DNA from: an uncultured Brevibacterium sp. | GTDB lineage: Bacteria; Actinomycetota; Actinomycetes; Actinomycetales; Brevibacteriaceae | Direction of reading: 5' to 3' | NCBI GenBank assembly: GCA_902489215.1 | Contig: CABTZE010000001.1 | Span: 1 to 55,883 of the forward strand | Length of the DNA: 55,883 nucleotides | Shown: positions 48,425 to 55,883 of the stretch, piece by piece | Numbering within the stretch: the stretch's first letter is position 1 | Layout: each line of letters starts with the position of its first letter | Made by a program: the position numbers and the translations under genes | Notes under the pieces: model-generated | Seen by the model: the letters and a program-made list of their open reading frames with translations, nothing else | What the model was told of the DNA's origin: nothing | The model's database searches: none

Positions 48425-49657
48425 ATGGCTGAGATGACGGCTAGTCAATCTGGATCCCTAATCATCAGCGGTGCGCAGGTTTGGGACGGAATCAAGCAGG
48501 GTTTCGTTGAAAGAGACCTCTGTATTCAAGATGGTCTCGTCGCCGACCGCCTGACTTCCAATGGAATGAACGGTGACCCCCACATCGTGGATGGGGCTGG
48601 GAAGTGGGTTGTTCCCGGTTTGATTGACGCCCATTTTCATGCCTACGCCGTATCCATGGACGGCCTCGAAAACGAAAGAGGGCCTCTGAGCTTCACGGCA
48701 CTTAATGGTGCTAAGCGACTCGGGGCTGCTTTGAAACGAGGGTTCACCACCGTTCGTGACGTTGCCGGTGGAGATATTGGTCTTCAGCGCGCAGTCGACC
48801 GAGGTCTGTTCCCGTCTCCCCGCTATCTCTTTACCGGTCCTGCGCTTAGCCAGACCGGTGGGCATGGTGATCCGCGATCAGAGATGGTCGACATATGCTT
48901 CAGCAGCGGTCACATGTGCGAGGTTGTCGACGGTGTCGACGACTTGCGCAGGACCGTCCGAGAGAGGTTCCGCACCGGAGCGCACGCCATCAAGATCATG
49001 ACCTCTGGTGGTGTGTTCTCCCTAACCGATCCGCTGAGCATTCCGCAGTACTCGGCGGAGGAGATCCGTGCCGTTGCGGACGAGGCGCGTAGGCGGGGCA
49101 GCTACGTCACTGCTCACTGCTATTCGGTTGATGGTGTCATGCTGTCGATTGAAAACGGCGTCACGTGCATCGAACACGGCAACTTGATTGATTCCGCAAC
49201 CGCTAAGGAAATGGCCGCGAGGGGTACTCGTATAGTTCCAACCCTGGCTGCTTACGACGCCATGGCAAGGCGCGGGGCAGAATTGGGCCTGAACGCTACG
49301 TCCCTTGCCAAGAACGACCTCGTGCTGTCACAAGGCCAAGAAGCATGCCAGTTGGCACTCGCTGCGGGTGTGGAAATCGGCTTCGGCACCGATCTGATGG
49401 GCGGGCTGGAGGACGATCAGCTGCGTGGGATCGCGCTTCAAATCGAGGCAATCGGAGTTGAGCAGACATTGCACGCAATGACCGCAGGCAATGCCAGCAT
49501 CCTTGGTGACTCTCGTCTGGGCCACCTTGGCGCCGGGGCGTTCGGAGACGCTGTGGTGCTGACCGGGAACCCCCTTAAGGAGCCCGACGTCCTCTCCGCG
49601 GAGGACGCGAGGTTCGCGGTTGTGCAGAATGGGCGGGTCGTAGGCAGTGAGTCATGA
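48425..49657 (+). CDS. metal-dependent amidohydrolase (prolidase-like)
   Basis: PGLIDAHFH, GFTTVRD, SQTGGHGD, IKIMTSGG, AHCY, IEHG, FGTD. Confidence 0.93.
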   Translation: MAEMTASQSGSLIISGAQVWDGIKQGFVERDLCIQDGLVADRLTSNGMNGDPHIVDGAGKWVVPGLIDAHFHAYAVSMDGLENERGPLSFTALNGAKRLGAALKRGFTTVRDVAGGDIGLQRAVDRGLFPSPRYLFTGPALSQTGGHGDPRSEMVDICFSSGHMCEVVDGVDDLRRTVRERFRTGAHAIKIMTSGGVFSLTDPLSIPQYSAEEIRAVADEARRRGSYVTAHCYSVDGVMLSIENGVTCIEHGNLIDSATAKEMAARGTRIVPTLAAYDAMARRGAELGLNATSLAKNDLVLSQGQEACQLALAAGVEIGFGTDLMGGLEDDQLRGIALQIEAIGVEQTLHAMTAGNASILGDSRLGHLGAGAFGDAVVLTGNPLKEPDVLSAEDARFAVVQNGRVVGSES

Positions 49658-49706
49658 CGCTGTGAAGCATTGACGGTCAGACCGGTGGACCCCCAGCTGG
49701 CAGTGC

Positions 49707-50738
49707 TCAGTGCTGAAGGTGCGGTGCGTTCCGAGTGGACGCCCGCACCTTCAGCTGTGGGCTCACAAGAACGGGGTCCGGGGGTGCTGAGGGCTCTTCC
49801 AGAACCCGCAGCATGTGGGTCACGGCCGCAAGTGCAAGCGCTTCCTGGTTGAGATCCAGAGCGGTGATGGAGGTCAACGGAATCCGGGTATGAGCTGAAT
49901 CCGTAAGGGTGGCGAGCTGGACATCACCAGGAACTCGCAGCCCCGCCGCTCCAATTGCCGAGACCACCGGCTCGGTGAGATCGCTGCGCGCATAGACGAC
50001 TGCGCGAGGTGACGGGTGACTCTGCAGAAGCTCCTGCAGCTGTTCGCGAACGTCGGAAGGCTGCAGTTCTCCCGTTATAACGTGGGTCCGGATGCGCAGA
50101 TCTTTTGTGCGGGCCCACTCGTGCACGCGGCTTTCAGATGAGCACTTCCAAGCGTTGTCCTCGGTACCGACCACGAGCCAAATGTCGTCGCCTGGGTCCA
50201 CTGAGATGTTCCCCAGAACCCGATCGATTCCGGTGCCGTAATCGACTCCCACCCACGGGAAAATTTCAGGTCGCGCGGGGTCAGGGTCAGCGCAGACGAC
50301 TGGAATGCCGCGGCGCTGAAGTTCGTCTAGAACAGGGTCGTCAGTATTGGGGTACGCAACAATGCATCCATCCATGGGGAGTGTTGCCGTTGGAGCATTG
50401 TCGGAGACGGGGATGTGGACCAGCCCCATGCCTTCGCGAATACAGGCAACAGCGACAGCGCCGGCTAGTCGGTTGAACGTTTCATGAGTTTGGAGCGATC
50501 CGCTTCTGCTCACGTAAGGTCGCAGAATCAGCCCGATCATCTCAGTCTTGCCTGTCCTCATGGAACGGGCGTGGGGATTTGGGTGATACCCGAGGCTCTC
50601 CGCGGCATCCATGACGCGTTTCCGGGTTGGTTCGCTGATGGAGCGTCGGCCGGAGAAAGTGTGGGAAACGGTCGACGGCGAGACGCCAGCTGCTGCGGCG
50701 ACGTCTTTGATAGTCGGGGGTCGCCGGAGTTCGCTCAT
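49707..50738 (-). CDS. LacI-family transcriptional regulator
   Basis: PTIKDVAAAAGVSPSTVS...LGYHPNPHARSM, GLRVPGDV, LKVRAST. Confidence 0.93.
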   Translation of the reverse strand: MSELRRPPTIKDVAAAAGVSPSTVSHTFSGRRSISEPTRKRVMDAAESLGYHPNPHARSMRTGKTEMIGLILRPYVSRSGSLQTHETFNRLAGAVAVACIREGMGLVHIPVSDNAPTATLPMDGCIVAYPNTDDPVLDELQRRGIPVVCADPDPARPEIFPWVGVDYGTGIDRVLGNISVDPGDDIWLVVGTEDNAWKCSSESRVHEWARTKDLRIRTHVITGELQPSDVREQLQELLQSHPSPRAVVYARSDLTEPVVSAIGAAGLRVPGDVQLATLTDSAHTRIPLTSITALDLNQEALALAAVTHMLRVLEEPSAPPDPVLVSPQLKVRASTRNAPHLQH

Positions 50739-50890
50739 TGACGAGTACCTTGTGAAAAGATCTCCCGTCCCGCCTTTCGTACCAGAACATTCCAACCGGA
50801 CTCAGTCTAGCCTCAGCCCTGCGAGGGGTAGTGAAGACGGATTCGGGGGATTACCCGGGATGGGCTGACCCAGTGGGGTTACGCCTGCTG

Positions 50891-51780
50891 TCACTCCGCC
50901 AGTTCTTGCTGCTCTAACTGGCCAAGCGGAATACCGGACTCGGTTTTCCACTGCAGTTTCCCGTTGGCGGATGTGCCCATAAGGAACTGCGCGGCGGCTG
51001 ACGGCGACGAAAACACGGTGTCTTTCGTGAGGACACCGTTGTCGATGCGGTCTTTGTAGTGGTCGCGATGCTTCTGAATGCTGTCCGGGGCTGACGGGGT
51101 CAACGACATGCGAAGTTCGGATCCTGCAAGCACAACGAAACCGTCGGCAACCTGGCGACCTTCACCTCGTGCGCCTGCAGAATCCAGCTTCAGCAGAGGT
51201 TCTGCATCGGGTGCGGGGGCCGGGGCTGCAGCGGCAGATGCCTTGTCGTCATCGGCCCTCTCAAAGATCCTGTACCCCAGCGACCCGATGGCGATAGTCG
51301 CATAGGCGATGAACTCCTCGAGCTCCGCCTGCTTCTCCTCCGTCACAGTGCCCGGTGACGGGTCATTGCTGTTGAGCGTGCGCACGCGGCCAGCTGCGAG
51401 TGCACGGCTGTGGAAAGCATTCTCGAGGTACGAAATCTCTGTGGGACCAAGCGAATCGTCCGACGTGACCAGCATGACCGCATGAGTGAAGTACTCGTTT
51501 TTCTCCTGCCGGAAATGCTCCATGACCCGGCCCAGCACACCATTGCCGTTTTTGCGCTCGCGAGCCTGACCCACATAGGCGATTTCATCGCCTGAATCAG
51601 CATCCGTGCCGAAAAGGAAGTACACGCCAGTCTGCTTGAGCTCTTCACGATCAGCGGAACGTGTAATTTCCGTGCGCGGAATGCGGTACACCTGACCAAT
51701 CCAATTGCCCAGCGTGCACTTGATGCGCCCAGCGGGGAACCGTCCATAAGAAACAGAGTCACAGTCTTCGGCGCAGCCAT
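50891..51780 (-). pseudogene. GIY-YIG nuclease with C-terminal DUF4357-like domain, frameshifted near the 5' end
   Basis: MAAPKTVTLFLMDGSP in one frame, GRIKCTLGNWIGQVYRIPR...GVYFLFG..AYVGQA..ISYLE...FSSPSAAA..GTSANG...WK in another. One extra base in the G4 run at 51734-51737 would join them. Confidence 0.8.
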
Positions 51781-51800
51781 GAGGTTCCTATCGAGGTGGG

Positions 51801-52427
51801 TTACTTCTTGCCAAACAGTCTGCTGAAGAACGAAGTCTTCTTCGGCTGACCATCGGCCGAGGTGCCTGCCACCTGGATGCTGTCCGGCACGGTTCCAGCG
51901 TCGTCAAGGGAGGCGGGGGCGTAGGCAAAATACTGTCCGCGCACGGTAAACATATCCTCGTCCCCACCTACGGCCCCAACGGCACGCGGAAGTTCTTGAA
52001 TGATCAGGTCCCCATCCACCTCGGCCGATGGTTCCGCCTGATCGTCGTCCGCGAACACAAAACCAGACTCATCGACAACAGGTTCACCCTCGTCCAATTC
52101 CTCATCGCCGGACATCAGGTGCCGAACCAAGGTGCCATCAACGAACACCCGGTAATCCACAAAACCAGCAGAAGACACCGTGCTTGCCACATGCCAAGTA
52201 CCAGGCAGCGCGATCGAATCAGCCTCGAAGAATTCAGCAACCACCATCTGCGGATCCCACAGGAGGGACCACTCACCTGCCTGAGCCAGTGTGAAGAACT
52301 GCTGTGCTGGATCATGAAAAGCAGTCCACAAGTCACCGTTGTCCTGCGTGGGGGCCAGCCCCCAGATCTCTATTTGCTGAGGCGAGATTTGTTCAGTTGT
52401 GAGGATCAGTGATGCTGTCAGTCCCAT
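51801..52427 (-). CDS. hypothetical acidic protein
   Basis: 208-aa ORF with normal composition, co-oriented with its neighbours, ending in an amphipathic FFSRLFGKK. Confidence 0.75.
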   Translation of the reverse strand: MGLTASLILTTEQISPQQIEIWGLAPTQDNGDLWTAFHDPAQQFFTLAQAGEWSLLWDPQMVVAEFFEADSIALPGTWHVASTVSSAGFVDYRVFVDGTLVRHLMSGDEELDEGEPVVDESGFVFADDDQAEPSAEVDGDLIIQELPRAVGAVGGDEDMFTVRGQYFAYAPASLDDAGTVPDSIQVAGTSADGQPKKTSFFSRLFGKK

Positions 52428-52465
52428 ACCAAAAGCGTAGCGAATAAACGGGCTGCTGAGGCTTG

Positions 52466-53835
52466 TTATTTCTTATTGCCGGGACTGCCTGGGGCGGGCC
52501 GGTTCGGGTTGCTGATGCGCGTATTGAACCGGGTGCTCGCCCATTTTCGCTGGGTTGAGTTGAGCAAATCTAAAAGGTCATTGGACACGAAACCGCGTTT
52601 GCCTTTGCCGATGTTGCGCCGGTCAAGCATTCCGGTCTCCACAAGATGCTCAAGAGCATTCTGCGCCGAAGTGGAGCTTGTCCCGGTCAGCCGAGCAGCC
52701 ACATCGACAGTCAAAGCCGGAAGCTTCGGCAGGACATCGAGGATTTTCCACACCGATGAATCGCTGCGCGGAATCCGCGTTCCGGTCCGCTCCGCATAGG
52801 CGGTGATGAGGGCGCGGCTATCGCGATCGAACTCATCAAGGTCATCCTTAAGGGCAAATGCCAGATCGACAGCCTCATCCGCCGCGGAAATGAAATGCCG
52901 AAGCCAAGCATTGATGCCGTCGCTGACGCTCAGTTCTCGGACTGGTTCAGTGCTCGTGGCAAGTTCGGCGCCGTGTGGGATGCCGCGGAAAGTCATGAGC
53001 CCCGTGACGTATTCGTCTGACCGGGTCAGCAGCACTTGACTGATGGGCAGCACAGACCCTTCTGTCAGACCACCGCGGACAAATACCGTGTGAATGAGAG
53101 CTCGCCCAATGCGCCCATTGCCATCAGCAAACGGATGCAGCGTTTCGAACTGCGCATGCACAAGGCCCGCCTGAATCAGGTATCCCGTCGCGGCCCCGTT
53201 CATGAACTCCACAAGATCCTCAACCGCGGGAGCCAGCGCATGTTCTGTGGGAGGAATGAACTCCGCCTGGCCGGGGTGAATCTCACTTCCTCCCACCCAG
53301 TTCTGCCTGTCACGAATGCCCGGCGCGCTCAGGCTAGGCAATAGCTCTTTCTGCAGCTGCTCGATGTCAGCCCATGTGATGCGCTCAGCCGTACCCAAAC
53401 GTTCAACAGCGCTGGTCAGCGCGGCAATATTGTCGGCAACCTCAGCCGCTGTTGACGAATGTGCTTCAGCTGCCGTGTCGGTCGCAGTGTGCTCGAGCCG
53501 TTTGAGCTCTTCAAACACAATGTTCCGCGCATTGGACCGCAGCCCCTCAATATAGGACGCGCATTGGACCGCAGCCCCTCAATATAGGAACTGGAGACTG
53601 CTTCGCTGCGCAGCAGATACCGCGAGACCGCTTCGAGCTTTCCTGCGGCCTCATGAAACTTCAGGTTGCGGATACGCCGCTCTACACGACCGGCTTCAGC
53701 TGCCACGGCAGGATCGATGCGCCACTCAGGTTCAGTGAGCGAAAACGGCTGATACGCCCAATAGGTTCCCTGCCAGCGTTCACGTGGACGCCGCGCACTG
53801 TCAGGAGGAGTCCACTCCCGAGCCGTCCACGACAT
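52466..53835 (-). pseudogene. Fic-family protein (with C-terminal wHTH) interrupted by a 32-bp tandem duplication
   Basis: N-terminal part MSWTAREW...LLRSEAVSSSYIEG; C-terminal part IRDRQNWVGG, HAQFETLHPFADGNGRIGR and a wHTH. The frame is broken at 53526-53589. Confidence 0.88.
53526..53589. repeat. 32-bp perfect tandem duplication
   Basis: CGCGCATTGGACCGCAGCCCCTCAATATAGGA x2. Confidence 0.95.
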
Positions 53836-53867
53836 AAGCACTAACCTTTCCTTCAGCGCTGATTTGT

Positions 53868-53931
53868 CCAAGGATAACGCTTATCCCTTGGAGAATCGCT
53901 AGTTTACCCAAGGATAAGCATTATCCTTGGG
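53868..53931. promoter_or_regulatory. two palindromic operator-like sites upstream of fic
   Basis: CCAAGGATAA-CGC-TTATCCCTTGG and CCCAAGGATAA-GCA-TTATCCTTGGG. Confidence 0.65.
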
Positions 53932-54155
53932 CCGTTTTCGTTGTTGGCCAAGGATACGGGCGAGCCTTGACTGCGCTTGGCTCCAGCACACATCCCACCC
54001 GGCCGCCCGGCACTCACCCGGGCATCCGCCTCGGCGACCGGCGCCTGGGCGACCGGCAGCCCACCTCGGCGACCCGCGCTCGCCCAGTTTGAAAAGGGAA
54101 CGTCTTGGCTACGATGAGGGCGTTGCCGTCCGGCAAACCCTAGTCAAGGAGCACC

Positions 54156-55697
54156 ATGATTCGTCGTCAGGCCCTGCGCGCCACTGCGGCCGTCGTCTTT
54201 GCAAGTTCACTCGTCCTCACCGGGTGTGGAGGGTCCGGGGGCTCTGGTGATTCGGCCAACCCGGACAAAAGCGAGCCTAAGCTCGAATGGGGCTCCTGGC
54301 AGAAGCTCGATGCGGCGGCAACTGTCTTCGCTTCGAGTAATAACTTCGCGGTGCTCTATGACGGTGTCTCGCAGAAAATGCGCGCCTTCGACGGTGACGG
54401 CAAAGAGCTGTGGTCTAAGCCGGCAGCCATCCCGCCCACCGATGCTGGTATTACCGGCCCGGAGTCCTACATCAAGGGCGACACCCTTATCTACCAAGAC
54501 CCACAAACCGGGAAAATCCACGGCCTCAACACGGCAGATGGCGAAGAACAGTGGACCTTCGACCCGGGTTCGCTCGGCAAGTGCTCCGCCAAGGCGTACT
54601 GGCTTCTTGATGACAAACCTGTCACCAATTCCGACACGATCGTGCTTGCGCTCCAAGGACTTGGCCAGGACGCACAGCAGATTGCCGCCTGCTCAGGTGA
54701 GTCACCGGCAGTCGTGGGCCTGCAGTTGCCAGAAGGCACCTCGGGAGCTCAAGAGATCAAACCCAAGTGGCAGTCGCCTGCACTGCCCAAGGGCAGCCAG
54801 GTCAGCATGCCGACCGTCGACCCAAGCGGCGAATACCTGACCCATGTGGGCTCGGCACCTGACAAGCGAGTCCTGCAGCGCACCTCCCTGAAAGACGGCA
54901 AAGCCCAAGCAGCCGTTGTGACCAGGCTCGATGGCGGGGACACCAACCCCGATGCCATCGGCAACATCTACCGACTGTCCGCCGTCGACGCCGACAACTA
55001 CGCGTTGGAGCGCCTGGACGAAGAATACTCGGCGAAATACGACATCTACACCGTCAAAGAATGGTCAGACGTCGACGCCGCGAAGGACCCGGCCGTCACA
55101 ATCAATGCCGGTGCCGACGGTGCCGACTGCATCGCCGGCGGCATGCGCGAACTCGGCGGCAAGACATACTGCTACACCGCAACAGAAGAAGGTGCGATCT
55201 TCGCAGAAGTCGGCGACAACCTCACCGGCGGCAAACTCGAAGGCGTGCAGCGCAAACCCGTGAGCGATGAATTCTCGCAGGGTCTGGCCGGTGCCGGACT
55301 GCCGTACGAAACTCCCGCCGGCATCACCAAAGACGGGCAGCTGTACGGGCTCGTGCCCAGCCCCGACAACACACTCGATGCGGTCTCCATGACCGATGGT
55401 GAGGTCCTCTGGTCAGCCCCCGCCGAGGCGGAAGCGAGTTCCGCTGCCCGCGACGCCGGGTACTTGGCGGGTGCGGACGCAGTTGTGTTCGCCCAGGATG
55501 ATTCAGCTGTGGCCGTCGACGCCAGCACGGGTGAAGAACTGTGGCGCGAAGGCGTTGGCGCCGGTGAAGGTTCTGCTGGCGAGCTGCGCCTGGGATGGCT
55601 GACGATGACGGATTCTGCTGTGGCTATGAAGATCGATGGCGGAGATGCGTCGAACGGGCAGACAAAATTCCGCGTGCTGAGGTCTAAGGAAGGGTGA
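54156..55697 (+). CDS. lipoprotein with PQQ-like (BamB-type) beta-propeller repeats
   Basis: Lipobox VLTGC; blades AFDGDGKELW, GLNTADGEEQW, AVSMTDGEVLW, AVDASTGEELW. Confidence 0.85.
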   Translation: MIRRQALRATAAVVFASSLVLTGCGGSGGSGDSANPDKSEPKLEWGSWQKLDAAATVFASSNNFAVLYDGVSQKMRAFDGDGKELWSKPAAIPPTDAGITGPESYIKGDTLIYQDPQTGKIHGLNTADGEEQWTFDPGSLGKCSAKAYWLLDDKPVTNSDTIVLALQGLGQDAQQIAACSGESPAVVGLQLPEGTSGAQEIKPKWQSPALPKGSQVSMPTVDPSGEYLTHVGSAPDKRVLQRTSLKDGKAQAAVVTRLDGGDTNPDAIGNIYRLSAVDADNYALERLDEEYSAKYDIYTVKEWSDVDAAKDPAVTINAGADGADCIAGGMRELGGKTYCYTATEEGAIFAEVGDNLTGGKLEGVQRKPVSDEFSQGLAGAGLPYETPAGITKDGQLYGLVPSPDNTLDAVSMTDGEVLWSAPAEAEASSAARDAGYLAGADAVVFAQDDSAVAVDASTGEELWREGVGAGEGSAGELRLGWLTMTDSAVAMKIDGGDASNGQTKFRVLRSKEG

Positions 55698-55755
55698 GGC
55701 TTGGGTGGCTTGGCTTCGTTGGAGGCAGGCCACTGAAGGCTAGTTCCCTGAACTG

Positions 55756-55799
55756 AAACGCCGGTGGGGTATGCAGAAGTGCATACCCCACCGGCGTTT
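55756..55799. terminator. bidirectional hairpin terminator
   Basis: 20-bp stem AAACGCCGGTGGGGTATGCA-GAAG-TGCATACCCCACCGGCGTTT. Confidence 0.8.
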
Positions 55800-55883
55800 A
55801 TGGCTGGGGGGGTGAGTTCATTAACCGCCCAGTGGCGGGTCTGAAGTTCCGCCCGGATGTCCTTGAGGATTTCGCACCAGGCC

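Noticed and set aside
54020..54080. Short GGCGACC(GGC) repeats upstream of the lipoprotein gene
   Set aside because: Short, GC-rich and irregular; expected by chance at this composition.
55800..55883. Possible 3' end of a minus-strand gene converging on the last terminator
   Set aside because: Too little sequence to determine frame or product.

Overview
High-GC actinobacterial chromosomal segment (Micrococcales-like; genus not determinable from sequence alone), arranged as a mosaic of catabolic and transport modules with defence and accessory genes. Left to right: (1) a 3-hydroxy-acid/beta-keto-acid cleavage (BKACE) cluster with a LacI regulator and a TRAP transporter; (2) putA, divergent from an unusual regulator whose N-terminal half looks like a degenerate IS630 transposase, bracketed by a 12-bp inverted repeat and fused to a GntR wHTH-FCD module (most interesting observation); (3) an Opp/Dpp-type ABC transporter; (4) a TetR + DAACS symporter + RraA/HMG aldolase + aminotransferase cluster; (5) acyl-CoA dehydrogenase, TetR and acyl-CoA ligase; (6) a decayed Phd/Doc-type TA pair and a second TRAP system; (7) an AAA ATPase flanked by AT-rich direct repeats and a complete type I R-M system; (8) an LPXTG surface protein and an ABC-exporter relic; (9) an NCS1 + hydantoinase/oxoprolinase + amidohydrolase cluster; (10) a frameshifted GIY-YIG/DUF4357 gene, a Fic gene split by a 32-bp tandem duplication, and a beta-propeller lipoprotein. 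The first 49 bp are an inverted copy of 339-387, probably a fold-back artefact. No rRNA, tRNA, CRISPR array, integrase or intact transposase was recognised. All family calls come from motif recognition by eye, not from database searches.
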